IMG/VR virus record: IMGVR_UViG_3300034082_003579
From: a virus
Lineage: Duplodnaviria > Heunggongvirae > Uroviricota > Caudoviricetes
DNA: 64,000 nucleotides
Strand: one strand, 5' to 3'
Shown here: positions 29,056 to 39,243 of the stretch, piece after piece
Layout: each line of letters starts with the position of its first letter
Numbering within the stretch: the stretch's first letter is position 1
Program-made: the position numbers and the translations under genes
Notes under the pieces: model-generated
Seen by the model: only the letters and a program-made list of their open reading frames with translations
Told to the model about the DNA's origin: nothing
Database searches by the model: none

Positions 29056-31146
29056 TCACTTGGTTGTAGCTATAAAAATTCCAGACCAGTCGGCTGGTAA
29101 CTTTTGTGTCTTTTGGAACTCGCAGCGTTCAATCCACATGTCATAGTAATCGGTCATTTGACCATCGAACTCTGATTTAAGTTCTTGACAAAGATCGATA
29201 GCTTGATCAAATTCCTGTGCTCGATACAGACGATGCATTTCGTCGTGTGTTGTCTGTGCCATTAAGTATTCTGTCATGGCACCTGCATCAGTATCTAATA
29301 CTGTGTGTATACCAACTCCGACTGATTTGCCTTTGACAGCCAAGTCATCAATCTTGAGAAACAAGAACGAATCGCCGCATTGCTTGACTGTGTTCTCTCC
29401 AACTAACAGTACACAACCATATTCTTTACACTTGCTTTCAATACGAGCTGCAGTACTTACAGCGTCACCCAACACATCATAACTGTGTCGTGCAGTTGAT
29501 CCCATTTCGCCGATGTAGCCTAGGCCTGTGTTGATACCTGCACCCATCTTGACCCCAGGGCGTCCTTTGGCTTCTAATTCTTGACTGAACTCTTTGACTG
29601 CTTGAACCATCTTGAGTCCCACTGCCACAGCAGTCTTTGCATGATCCGGATCATCTATAGGAGCGTTGTGTATGTGCATACTTGCATCACCAATGTACTT
29701 GATGATCATACCGTTGGCTTCTAGTATTGGTCGAGTGATAGCATCCATGTAGCCGTTCATGACTTCTGTTAGGCCTTTGACATCGTCCCCAAAACTTTCT
29801 CCCAGGGGTGTAAAGCCACGCAGGTCACTGAAGCAGATTGATACTTCTTTCTTGACACCGTCTTTGATTAGACTGGGATTCTCTTGCAGCAGTCGAACCA
29901 CAGTAGGTGAAGCATAGCCAGCAAACTGTTTCTTAATAGCCTGCTTCTGCAAAAACTCACTTACAAACTTAACACCATAAGCATGCAGAAGAACAAGACC
30001 CAAGCCCACAGCGATAGCACTACTATCCACGAGCCAACTATAAGCAGAAAACAAATATAAGCTACTACCGACACTGCCAGCAAGCACGACAACAGCAGAA
30101 ATAATTCCAACATAAACCCACCTTGTTAATATTAATAATATGATACTCAACACGACCAGTGCTACGATTTCAGCACCGTCTGCCCAGTCTGGTCTTTGGA
30201 TTGCAACACCGTTTAACAGGGTGCCTACCACTGCGGCCTGTACTGCATGAGGATGAACAGCACCTAAACTGGTTGCCACTGGATTACTGATACCAGCTGC
30301 AGTTGGACCTACAATGACCAGGGCACCATCAAACGATTCAGGTAACGTAGTTATAGTGGTTGAATGTGCAGTTTGGCTCCAATCAATCCATACCCGACCC
30401 AGGCTGTCAGTAGCAACAGGACCAAACTTGGGAATACGTATGCGTTCTACTCCTGACTCATTCAGTTTGACTTGAAATGTAGTATCAGATGCAGCCACTC
30501 GCATGATTTCAAATGCCAAGCTAGGGTACAAGTTATCGCCTACAGCAATCACCAACGGCATGCGTCTATTGACACCGTCTAATTCTGGCAAGGTATGAAC
30601 AGTTCCTACTCCCCGTGCCGATCGTTCTAATTCTAGGATGTTGGCGATCATGCCAGGATATGACACAATGCGATCCAAGTATTGCGATCCAATCACAGCA
30701 GATCCAGGTCTACGTGGAGTATTTTTATTTTGTTCAGCTGGAATATTAGGTAAGATTACCAGGTGCTTTTGCATTACAGACGACAATGCAGCATCGCCGC
30801 CGGCACGATCTGTTTCTGGCATCAGTACATTGAATACCACCAGACCAGCATCTCGGCGATACAGTTCTTCGATCAACTCAGCATATATTGTTCTGGGAAA
30901 GGGCCATTGGCCATGTTTGTTGATTGCAGCTTCGTCTATGTCCACAGTCCAAATTTCGTTGACAGTGGGAGACTGATTAACAATAAGTGTATCAAAATAT
31001 CGCAAGCGAACGCTTTCAACAAATGCAGGATCGGCCGCACGAATGCCTACAATCAAGGCCAGAGTAACAACCGCAGTCCAGGGACTTAGCAAGATCTTTT
31101 TTATCATAGGTTTATTTTGTAGTAGAGTCGCCAAACACGTACACAC
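29056..31146 (-). CDS. CHASE2 sensor-domain class III adenylate/guanylate cyclase
   Basis: 696 aa; N-terminal periplasmic domain plus TM helices; C-terminal ICFSDLRGFTPL...KYIGDASM cyclase homology domain. Confidence 0.7.
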   Translation of the reverse strand: MCTCLATLLQNKPMIKKILLSPWTAVVTLALIVGIRAADPAFVESVRLRYFDTLIVNQSPTVNEIWTVDIDEAAINKHGQWPFPRTIYAELIEELYRRDAGLVVFNVLMPETDRAGGDAALSSVMQKHLVILPNIPAEQNKNTPRRPGSAVIGSQYLDRIVSYPGMIANILELERSARGVGTVHTLPELDGVNRRMPLVIAVGDNLYPSLAFEIMRVAASDTTFQVKLNESGVERIRIPKFGPVATDSLGRVWIDWSQTAHSTTITTLPESFDGALVIVGPTAAGISNPVATSLGAVHPHAVQAAVVGTLLNGVAIQRPDWADGAEIVALVVLSIILLILTRWVYVGIISAVVVLAGSVGSSLYLFSAYSWLVDSSAIAVGLGLVLLHAYGVKFVSEFLQKQAIKKQFAGYASPTVVRLLQENPSLIKDGVKKEVSICFSDLRGFTPLGESFGDDVKGLTEVMNGYMDAITRPILEANGMIIKYIGDASMHIHNAPIDDPDHAKTAVAVGLKMVQAVKEFSQELEAKGRPGVKMGAGINTGLGYIGEMGSTARHSYDVLGDAVSTAARIESKCKEYGCVLLVGENTVKQCGDSFLFLKIDDLAVKGKSVGVGIHTVLDTDAGAMTEYLMAQTTHDEMHRLYRAQEFDQAIDLCQELKSEFDGQMTDYYDMWIERCEFQKTQKLPADWSGIFIATTK

Positions 31147-31522
31147 GCATCGGTGTACCCGACTTCAAGGCCCGGGCACTTCTGTGGTGTCCGTCTAATA
31201 TATAAAGTCTATTGTTTTTTTTGTAAACTACTGGCAAATCTTCATACTCATCAAACAAAGCACCATCACTACCGTAGTTGCTGAGCCAGTCTTGTGTGGC
31301 AAACAGCTGAGCAGGATTTACTGTAGCTACTTCAGGTTCAACTCCGGCTGCTATCTGTGCTTCTGCAGCCTGATGCAGTAGTCCGGCATCTAAATAATCG
31401 TCGGCCTTTTCGAATTCAGCAGTGTTGGGATCTAAATATTGACCTATGCGCAAATTAGTGCGCCATATGTTGGGATCTTGGGCAATTTCTGTTATTCTCA
31501 TAGTAGTAATATTTAGCCACAA
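31112..31522 (-). CDS. ParB/Srx-like nuclease-domain protein
   Basis: YILDGHHR motif; 3' end overlaps the cyclase start. Confidence 0.4.
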   Translation of the reverse strand: MWLNITTMRITEIAQDPNIWRTNLRIGQYLDPNTAEFEKADDYLDAGLLHQAAEAQIAAGVEPEVATVNPAQLFATQDWLSNYGSDGALFDEYEDLPVVYKKNNRLYILDGHHRSARALKSGTPMRVYVFGDSTTK

Positions 31523-31565
31523 AGAAGCCCCTGACGGGGCTTCGTACTCTGACTAATTGTGTTGT

Positions 31566-32366
31566 TTATTTCCCAATCATCAACCCAGTCATATTGCTAG
31601 GCACAATAATGGTCTGTACCTTACCGTTCTTGACACCTTCGGAGATGTTAAGTGCTGCTTGTGCATTCATGTAAGCAATACTAGCCGAGCTTTGATTTGT
31701 AAGTGCTGCCATACGACGTGATTCTGCTTCGGCTGTTTTAACTTCAACTTCTTTTTGCAACAGCTCATTCTTAGCACGAACTAACTCGTTAGCACTAGCA
31801 ACCACCGAATCTGCAGGAGTAATCTGACGGATTAATACTTGTGTAATAGTAACCGAACCGTTGAGCTTTTCATCAGCAAGAGTTTGTGTGATAATGTCAC
31901 GCATTTCTTGTTCCATTGCAGCACGACTGTCGTTCATGGTCAGTGCATCATATCGACGTGCGGCCTTATAGGCAGCATTACGTGCGGCCTGTGCGATATA
32001 ATTGTACATCAAAAAGGTATCGCCGTTTTTATCGGTAGCATGGAAGCTGCGATTCTTTGTAGTGTAGAGTTCGCTAACTTGATTTGGATTGATGTTATAG
32101 ATAACAGTAACATCCATATCCTTCATTGTTGAATTGTCTTTGGCCAGCGGTGTCATATCGTTGACTGGGACAGACACATCGCGAACTGGGAACGTAAGAA
32201 CATCGCCGACCAGCGTTTGATTGAATGATCCTGGCATCAATTCGCCAGGTTTAACTTGTTTGTCAAAGCCAACACGTACACCAACTTCACCTGTTTCAAT
32301 TCGAGTGCAGCCAACAGTGGCAGCAACGAGACCAACAATAAGAGCCAATTTAAAAGTACGATTCAT
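31566..32366 (-). CDS. SPFH/band-7 (prohibitin/HflK-like) lipoprotein
   Basis: band-7 core; start set at MNRTFKLALIVGLVAATVGC lipoprotein signal (the ORF track extends to 32426). Confidence 0.65.
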   Translation of the reverse strand: MNRTFKLALIVGLVAATVGCTRIETGEVGVRVGFDKQVKPGELMPGSFNQTLVGDVLTFPVRDVSVPVNDMTPLAKDNSTMKDMDVTVIYNINPNQVSELYTTKNRSFHATDKNGDTFLMYNYIAQAARNAAYKAARRYDALTMNDSRAAMEQEMRDIITQTLADEKLNGSVTITQVLIRQITPADSVVASANELVRAKNELLQKEVEVKTAEAESRRMAALTNQSSASIAYMNAQAALNISEGVKNGKVQTIIVPSNMTGLMIGK

Positions 32367-32629
32367 ACGATTCCTTAGAATAAGATTACAATTGAGATTA
32401 AGACAGCCAATGCCAGTACAGAACAAAGTATACTATAGGCTGCAATTTTGGTCAACCGCCATTTTTCTTTACCTGTGGTCTTGCGAAATGCAGCGATACC
32501 AAACCAAAATAGGGCAGTTAAGATTAGAAAAGCCAGGAAAACTCGGATCATTATAGCCTCAAAGTTACTAATGAGCCTATATTATAGCAAAGATAAAGGG
32601 ACTGGTCAAGTCCCTTTGATAAAACATTA

Positions 32630-33622
32630 TTATTTTTTAATCAAGTTAGATTGAAATATTTGCCAGCAATTTTCCCAGGTCCATTTGTCGCCACTGGCTC
32701 TTACTATATCTCTGTTGAGCTGTAGTGCAAGGTCAATGGCAGTTGCTAAGTCATCGTGCATGTAACCGTTTATGCCCGGCTCTATTACATCCACAGGTCC
32801 AGTCACTGGATAGGCCGCAACCGGTGTCCCTAAACTGATGGCCTCAATCATCACAATGCCAAATGTGTCAACACGGCTGGGAAAAGCAAACACATCTGCT
32901 TGAACATAATAGTCGGCCAAGTCAGTGCCTTTCTTGTATCCCACAAACTCGACAGCAGGATATTGACGTTCTAAGCGCACACGATCAGGTCCATCGCCGA
33001 CTACAACCACACGATAGCGATCGCCCAACCGACACAGATCATCTAGTCCCTTTTCTACACTGACACGACCAGCATATAAAACCACAGGAACAGTATTGAT
33101 TGTATGTTCCAATGTGGCTTTTAGATGCATCCGATCTACTCCGCGTGTCCATGGTATCATATCCCAGGTAAATCCGTTTGCTTGCAATTCATCGACCATA
33201 GACTGGGTGGTAGTTAAGACTCGCCCACTGTGCTTGTGAAACCATCTCAAGTACCAGTATGTCCATTCAGTAGGAATACCGTAAATTTCATTTAAGAACT
33301 CTGGAAACTTGGTGTGGTAGCTGGTGTTATATCTGAGACCTTTGCGCCAGCAATAGTTACTACCGGCAACACCAATAGGTCCTTCAGTGGCAATGTGAAT
33401 ATAATCAGCGCCGCTGTCTTGGATCATTTGACCAATACCCCATGGCCAGGACAGTTTTACTTCTGCATATCCAGGACATCTGACATGGGGGAAACGACTG
33501 GGATCAATAAATTCAACTGTGTATCCGTTTTTGTGTGCTTGCTTTTCTAAATTATTAAATGTTGTTACTACACCATTCACTTGGTCGCAAAGATTGTCAG
33601 TGATGATTAAGATTTTTTGCAT
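32630..33622 (-). CDS. GT4-family glycosyltransferase
   Basis: 330 aa; GT-B layout with E..(7)..E region near the C-terminus. Confidence 0.7.
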   Translation of the reverse strand: MQKILIITDNLCDQVNGVVTTFNNLEKQAHKNGYTVEFIDPSRFPHVRCPGYAEVKLSWPWGIGQMIQDSGADYIHIATEGPIGVAGSNYCWRKGLRYNTSYHTKFPEFLNEIYGIPTEWTYWYLRWFHKHSGRVLTTTQSMVDELQANGFTWDMIPWTRGVDRMHLKATLEHTINTVPVVLYAGRVSVEKGLDDLCRLGDRYRVVVVGDGPDRVRLERQYPAVEFVGYKKGTDLADYYVQADVFAFPSRVDTFGIVMIEAISLGTPVAAYPVTGPVDVIEPGINGYMHDDLATAIDLALQLNRDIVRASGDKWTWENCWQIFQSNLIKK

Positions 33623-33700
33623 TTGCCTACTACCTTGAAGTTATCAAATTTAATCCAATATGTAAAATTGGATTTGGCCAGTTCACAAGCTGTTTGAGTC

Positions 33701-34543
33701 TCAAACGGAATCTCTACCCTGGCCGGTATGTCCTGCGAGTTGTTCACATGCACTGCTATCAACAATAGTATCCACATTGTCCTTCTCCTGCGTCCAAGTT
33801 ATGATTTCCCAACGACCGTCGTGATGTTCCACAAGTGCTGTACATGATTCAACCCAGTCACCGTCGTTCATGTATGTGATGCCATCTACCTGTTTAATTT
33901 CAGCATGATGAATGTGTCCGCATATGACTCCGTCGAACCCACGCTTCCGGCAGTACGTTGCTAAATTTTGTTCAAACTGAAATATAAAATCAATGGCTTT
34001 TTTAACACGCTTCTTTAGATACTGGCTGAGACTCCAATAACCAAATCCCATCTTGTGTCGGATCCAGTTGAAGCGGCTATTAATGCTGAGAACAATGTCG
34101 TAGGCTCGATCGCCTAAGAAACTGATCCACGGTGCCAGTCTAGTAATACCGTCAAACAGATCTCCGTGTGTGACCAGGTATCGTTGACCGTCAATACCTA
34201 CATGTGTTGCTTGATTTACAATTTCAATCTCACCGAAGCCAATACCATACGGTATCAGTGGGCGTAGAAACTCGTCATGATTTCCTGCTATGTATACTAT
34301 GTGTGTACCACGTTTGGCGTGACCTAGTATGCGACGAATCACATTACTATGACTTTGACGCCATCGCCAACGGTTTTGTTGTATCTTCCAAGCGTCAATA
34401 ATATCGCCTACAAGATACAGGGTTTCACAGGTGTTGTGTTTGAGAAAGTTGTTTAATTGATTGGCTTTACAATCTTTGGTACCTAAGTGGACGTCAGAAA
34501 TAAAAATTGATCTATAAGTTATTTCTAACATCCATTTTTCCAA
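33701..34543 (-). CDS. metallophosphoesterase (LpxH-like)
   Basis: ISDVHLG ... LVGDIID.W ... GNHDE. Confidence 0.55.
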   Translation of the reverse strand: MEKWMLEITYRSIFISDVHLGTKDCKANQLNNFLKHNTCETLYLVGDIIDAWKIQQNRWRWRQSHSNVIRRILGHAKRGTHIVYIAGNHDEFLRPLIPYGIGFGEIEIVNQATHVGIDGQRYLVTHGDLFDGITRLAPWISFLGDRAYDIVLSINSRFNWIRHKMGFGYWSLSQYLKKRVKKAIDFIFQFEQNLATYCRKRGFDGVICGHIHHAEIKQVDGITYMNDGDWVESCTALVEHHDGRWEIITWTQEKDNVDTIVDSSACEQLAGHTGQGRDSV

Positions 34544-34599
34544 AAAGGTGCTGGTTACGAGTTCCAGCGTGTACTCTATCGTGTACCCGGTTTACTTGA

Positions 34600-35610
34600 T
34601 TACTTTGCGATCTTGGTCCAAACTTTGTTACGAATTTGGTCAGTTAACGTGTCTGGCAGTGCTACATAGTCCAGCTCTGATGCCATGGTCTTACCGTTCT
34701 TAAATGCCCAGTCAAAAAACTCGATGACTTCAGCTGAGGCTTTTGGATCAGCAGGTTTGGCATATACTAATATAAAACTGGCACCGGCAATAGGCCAACT
34801 CTTAGCACCGGCAGCATCTATAATACTGATACCCATACCTGGCTTACTGAACCAATCAGCGTCGGCTGCTGCAGCGGCAAATGATTCTTCGTTGGGATTT
34901 ACATAGTGTCCATCACGATTCTGCAATTGAAGGTATTTGATATTGTTCTTTTTAGCATAGGCGTATTCCACATAGCCAATAGCACCTTTAACTCGCGTCA
35001 CGTTAGCAGCGACACCTTCGTTGCCTTTACCACCAACTGAACTGGCTGCAGGCCATTTGACAGCATTGCCTTTGCCAACACTGTCTGCCCAGGATTTGCT
35101 GACTGTAGTCAAATAGTCAGTGAAGTGATAGGTAGTGCCGGATCCGTCAGCACGATGTACCACTGTGATATTTTGATCGGGCAGTCTCTTGCCTGGATTT
35201 AGTGCTGCTATCTTAGCGTCATTCCATTTTGTGATTGTGCCTTGATAAATGTCAGCTAACACTGGTCCAGTTAGTCTCAGTTCGCCTTGCTTGAAACCGT
35301 CCAAGTTAGCAATTGGAACGACTCCGCCAAGAATGGCTGGAAACTGTAGTAAGCCATTCTTGTCCAACGCATCACCTGATACAGGAGCATCACTTGCACC
35401 AAACATTACAGTCTTGTTGACAATTTGTCTAACACCACCGGAACTGCCAATTGATTGATAATTGAATCTGATACCTGTTTCTTTGTTGTAAACTTCTGCC
35501 CATTTGGCATAGATGGGATATGGAAATGTTGCACCGGCGCCTGTGATTTGTTGTGCCGATGCTGCGAATGTGGATGCTGCTAGTAATAGTAATGCCAATA
35601 TCTTTTTCAT
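34600..35610 (-). CDS. pstS: phosphate-binding protein PstS
   Basis: signal peptide; QITGAGATFPYPIYAKWA and ADGSGTT blocks typical of PstS. Confidence 0.85.
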   Translation of the reverse strand: MKKILALLLLAASTFAASAQQITGAGATFPYPIYAKWAEVYNKETGIRFNYQSIGSSGGVRQIVNKTVMFGASDAPVSGDALDKNGLLQFPAILGGVVPIANLDGFKQGELRLTGPVLADIYQGTITKWNDAKIAALNPGKRLPDQNITVVHRADGSGTTYHFTDYLTTVSKSWADSVGKGNAVKWPAASSVGGKGNEGVAANVTRVKGAIGYVEYAYAKKNNIKYLQLQNRDGHYVNPNEESFAAAAADADWFSKPGMGISIIDAAGAKSWPIAGASFILVYAKPADPKASAEVIEFFDWAFKNGKTMASELDYVALPDTLTDQIRNKVWTKIAK

Positions 35611-35682
35611 TGTATCTCCTTGTGAAAAGTATTTACAATAATAGTAGCATATTATTATTACAGTTGTGTGACAGTGTTGTCT

Positions 35683-36774
35683 TTATTTTTGTACAATTGT
35701 AATTACTGTATTGCCGCCTTGGTTTACTTGTTGTTTGACTTGTACTCCGCCTTGATTGATATTGATCACAGCATTGGACTCTGTGCTGACAGTGACTTCG
35801 GCAATATGACCCGGTCGCCGATATAGAGTAATTTTACTTTTGTCATCGTTGAAGTAATATCCGATGTTGGTGGCAGGATTATAATTGGGCAGAATATTTT
35901 TTTCGAAAGCATTGCCCAGTGTTGTTTTATTCTGTGCCGACAATTCGTCTGTTTCAGCTAGAGCCAATAGATCGACTTCTAAGTCATTGCGATCGATTGC
36001 GTTCTTTTCGTCTAACTCATTCTTATCCAACTCTTTAAATGCCAACAAATCCACGTCAAGCTCATTCTTATCCAACTCAGTCTTGTCCGACCGATACGCA
36101 GTTTCTTTAATTTCCGCCGGCGGACTTACAATCAACATGTTGTTGATGTTGGCCTGATCAATTGAAATCACGGCAGGGGTAGACGGAGCCGAATTCAAAC
36201 TGTTGACCACTGTAGCTTGATAGGCCACATCCAACAACACACTTCCTGCTTCGTTGGAAACTAAGATGGCACCAGTCACACACCCTTTTTTATCGCAGCT
36301 GGGCAATAACATAACCAAACTACGACCCAATTCATCCACGGTCATGGAAAAGTCTGTGCCACGCACTGCTACAGTAGCAGTGGGAGTTCGTACGTTGACT
36401 GCCTGTGGATTATTTTTAGCAATCTGGCCAGACGCATAGCGTGCTGTGCCCAGTGCAACTCGCATGGCCAACTTGCCTGTGCCTTTTGAAGCGTCGTATA
36501 CAAAGTCATCAATCACCAACTTACTCTGCTCAGTTATTTTGACCGTGGTTTTATCGTCAAACGACAAAGTAACACGACTTTTAGCAGTGGTCACTGTGTC
36601 CTGCATCTCAACTGCTGTGTTGATCGAACTCTCAACACTTTTTTTGTTTCTTAGAATTTCTGTAGGGCCAGTCTGCTCAGTTACTCGCCCTACAGGAGCT
36701 GCAGAATTAATTGGACTGAGTAACAGTAATAGCGTTGTTGTTACCAGTCGAAGTAATAGTTGCTTGTTGTGCAT
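35683..36774 (-). CDS. FecR-domain secreted protein
   Basis: signal peptide; ATVAVRGTDFSMTV FecR-type motif. Confidence 0.45.
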   Translation of the reverse strand: MHNKQLLLRLVTTTLLLLLSPINSAAPVGRVTEQTGPTEILRNKKSVESSINTAVEMQDTVTTAKSRVTLSFDDKTTVKITEQSKLVIDDFVYDASKGTGKLAMRVALGTARYASGQIAKNNPQAVNVRTPTATVAVRGTDFSMTVDELGRSLVMLLPSCDKKGCVTGAILVSNEAGSVLLDVAYQATVVNSLNSAPSTPAVISIDQANINNMLIVSPPAEIKETAYRSDKTELDKNELDVDLLAFKELDKNELDEKNAIDRNDLEVDLLALAETDELSAQNKTTLGNAFEKNILPNYNPATNIGYYFNDDKSKITLYRRPGHIAEVTVSTESNAVININQGGVQVKQQVNQGGNTVITIVQK

Positions 36775-37318
36775 TGGTTCCGCCTTGTGTCAAGCTGATG
36801 GTATTGCCACCGAGTGCTATTCCGCCAGTGACAGTTATGATTCCAGAATGTGCACCAGAACCTGACGTGGTATGTGTCACTGTGTTCTCATCTCCAGTGA
36901 TCAAGATCTCACTGTGTTGAGTAGCAGATGCAACCAAGTTTTGTGTCACTGTGTTGTTGTCACCAGTGACTTGTTGTTTGATGAAACTGCTGCCGCATGT
37001 GGCACTGTTGGCAGTGCCACAATTGATCACCTGTGTGTTGTTACTGCCAGTGGTGGTCACAGTTGCAGTGATTGCAGCACCATTGATGATCATGTCCAAG
37101 GTATTAGAGCTACCAATTTGATCAATAGTTACTATATTGGCATCGCCTTTGATTATAGAAGGCGTGCCTTCGTCACCTACACGATTACTGCTGCCATCCT
37201 GCGTTATAGTAACAGTGGCACCAGACCCTACTTGTTCTATATAAACATCATTTGCTTGAGCTGTAGTCACCCAAGCCAGGGCAGCGATTACTGCCATTAT
37301 TCCAAAACGTTTAAGCAT
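36707..37318 (-). CDS. curlin-repeat (CsgA/CsgB-like) secreted protein
   Basis: signal peptide then tandem S/N/Q/G/T-rich ~22-aa repeats of curlin type; adjacent to csgG/csgF homologs. Confidence 0.45.
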   Translation of the reverse strand: MLKRFGIMAVIAALAWVTTAQANDVYIEQVGSGATVTITQDGSSNRVGDEGTPSIIKGDANIVTIDQIGSSNTLDMIINGAAITATVTTTGSNNTQVINCGTANSATCGSSFIKQQVTGDNNTVTQNLVASATQHSEILITGDENTVTHTTSGSGAHSGIITVTGGIALGGNTISLTQGGTNAQQATITSTGNNNAITVTQSN

Positions 37319-37334
37319 TTCTTGCTCCTTTTTA

Positions 37335-38117
37335 TTATTTCTTAAAGCGCCATAGACCTGAACGTTCCCCGCTCATGATCATTTCATACACAGCTTGCTC
37401 GATGGCCACACGTACTGCATAAGTTGTGGGTTCATTTAAGGTTGCACCGTTTTCTAATTCTATGCTTTTGGTAGCAGAGTCAAAGAATTTAAGTGCGCCC
37501 AGGCTATGAGCTGTACTGTATATTGTTTTGGAGATACTGTTGCTGATCAACACTTCTCCCGAGTTAACTGATATGAGTCTAATGCTCACTACTACTTCGT
37601 CAACTCGATACTGTTGGCTTCCGCCTATGCCCATAATTCTGGCACCGTTGCCGCCTGTTCTAATGTTGCTGTCATATCCAATGATACCACCTTCGATTAT
37701 GAGTCCGGCAACTGTCATAGGCTTGAGAGGCTTGGCATCTTTACCTTCGTAAATTTCTCGTTGATTACGTATCAACTGACGTTCCTTGATAAGGTTGTCT
37801 AGACCCACCCGCTCAACCACACGAAACCATCCTGGCACATCCTTTAGGCTCTTGATCAAGAACACTTCGGCACCTTGTGTCACTGCCTTGCTGAATACAG
37901 CCAACTTTTCATTGGGTTTCAACTGTCCTGTCTTGTCTGAGAAGCCGTATACTGCCACAGTGATTACAGGACCATCTAGCGGAGGAATCTTTTCAATCAG
38001 ACTCACTCGTGGTTTAATTTCTACAGGCTCCTCACGAGCTGCATTCATGTGAATCTGAGCGCACCCGCTGACTAAAGCAAGTACAAGTATGGCTAAGATA
38101 CGCATGTTAAAACGCAA
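37335..38117 (-). CDS. csgG: curli production/transport lipoprotein CsgG
   Basis: lipobox LVSGC; ITVAVYGFSDKTGQ matches the CsgG hallmark block. Confidence 0.8.
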   Translation of the reverse strand: MRFNMRILAILVLALVSGCAQIHMNAAREEPVEIKPRVSLIEKIPPLDGPVITVAVYGFSDKTGQLKPNEKLAVFSKAVTQGAEVFLIKSLKDVPGWFRVVERVGLDNLIKERQLIRNQREIYEGKDAKPLKPMTVAGLIIEGGIIGYDSNIRTGGNGARIMGIGGSQQYRVDEVVVSIRLISVNSGEVLISNSISKTIYSTAHSLGALKFFDSATKSIELENGATLNEPTTYAVRVAIEQAVYEMIMSGERSGLWRFKK

Positions 38118-38556
38118 AGCTCGCTATTGGAACAGTGATCTCTGTTCTATTGCCGTTGGCTTCTATTACAGTCAAGGTCACTGTGCTGCCATTCTTAAAC
38201 CAAGTAATGCTACTACCTTGAAAATCCAACGTTCCGGTATCTCGACCAGATTCTCCAAACATGTTGTCAGCCAACTGTTTACTCAACTGAGCATAAATTC
38301 TTGATTCTAAGTTTACAATAAACTTTGACAAGGTTGTATTTTTAGCATCACGTTCGGCCTTGTCTCGGGCTGCTTGTTCAGCATCGTTAATTTTTTGTCG
38401 ACGTTGCGATTCTAATTGTTCTATGGTCAACACATGTGCTGAATAGCCCTGGCCTGAAAAGGCAGGGCTAGAAAATTGATGCACCAATTCGCTGGCCTGT
38501 GTACTGCCGCCTACGACCGTTAGTGCCAGCATGACTGCTGTCAATACGGTTCTCAT
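38107..38556 (-). CDS. csgF: CsgF-like curli assembly protein
   Basis: signal peptide; ELVHQFSSPAFSG N-terminus resembles the CsgF QFRNPNFGG block; overlaps the csgG start. Confidence 0.45.
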   Translation of the reverse strand: MRTVLTAVMLALTVVGGSTQASELVHQFSSPAFSGQGYSAHVLTIEQLESQRRQKINDAEQAARDKAERDAKNTTLSKFIVNLESRIYAQLSKQLADNMFGESGRDTGTLDFQGSSITWFKNGSTVTLTVIEANGNRTEITVPIASFAF

Positions 38557-38643
38557 TGTAAACGCTCCTGTTATTTTTTTTACCTGCTTTATATTTAATC
38601 ATACCTCAAAATTAGTTATGTACACACAAAGAAAAATCCTACC

Positions 38644-38668
38644 GAAGTAGGATTTTTCTTGTACGCTA
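38644..38668. terminator. terminator downstream of the ompA-like gene
   Basis: aaaaatcctaccgaagtaggattttt. Confidence 0.6.
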
Positions 38669-38680
38669 AAGAGTGTACGC

Positions 38681-39229
38681 TTACTTGATTGCAGTGATGA
38701 CTACTCGTCGGTCTGGTGCCAGACATGATTTGAAACGTTCAAAGTTTTTCATTCCAGTACAAAGTTTTGTACCTTCGGTTGGCTGTGTTGCTCCAACACC
38801 TTGAGTGACAAATTTAGATTTGAATCCAGACTTGGCATTCAGATAATCGCCTACCGCACCTGCACGTTGCTGACTCAATCGAAGATTGTAAGCAGCAGTG
38901 CCAATACGATCAGTGTGACCAACCACGGTCACTGTGCTGCCTGGAGCGATGGTTGATGCCAACTGATCCAGTGCTGCACGACCTGCTGGTGTAAGTGCTG
39001 CTGAATCAAACTCAAACAACACATCACCATTGATAGTGACAGGCGCACGTTCTGCAACAGGATCACATCCCTTGACTGCATCAGCAGCGGTATAAGTTCC
39101 TGTATGCAAGCAAAGTCCGGAACCTGTCTTGACAATCTCACCTGAACCATCTGTTACATATCCTGGCCGGCCTTGAGCAATGGCCAGGATTGTGACAGCG
39201 GATAACATGACGGCTAATAATGCTTTCAT
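38681..39229 (-). CDS. OmpA-family peptidoglycan-associated protein
   Basis: VTVVGHTDRIGTAAYNLRLSQQRA OmpA C-terminal domain signature. Confidence 0.7.
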   Translation of the reverse strand: MKALLAVMLSAVTILAIAQGRPGYVTDGSGEIVKTGSGLCLHTGTYTAADAVKGCDPVAERAPVTINGDVLFEFDSAALTPAGRAALDQLASTIAPGSTVTVVGHTDRIGTAAYNLRLSQQRAGAVGDYLNAKSGFKSKFVTQGVGATQPTEGTKLCTGMKNFERFKSCLAPDRRVVITAIK

Positions 39230-39243
39230 TGTTATCCTTTAGA

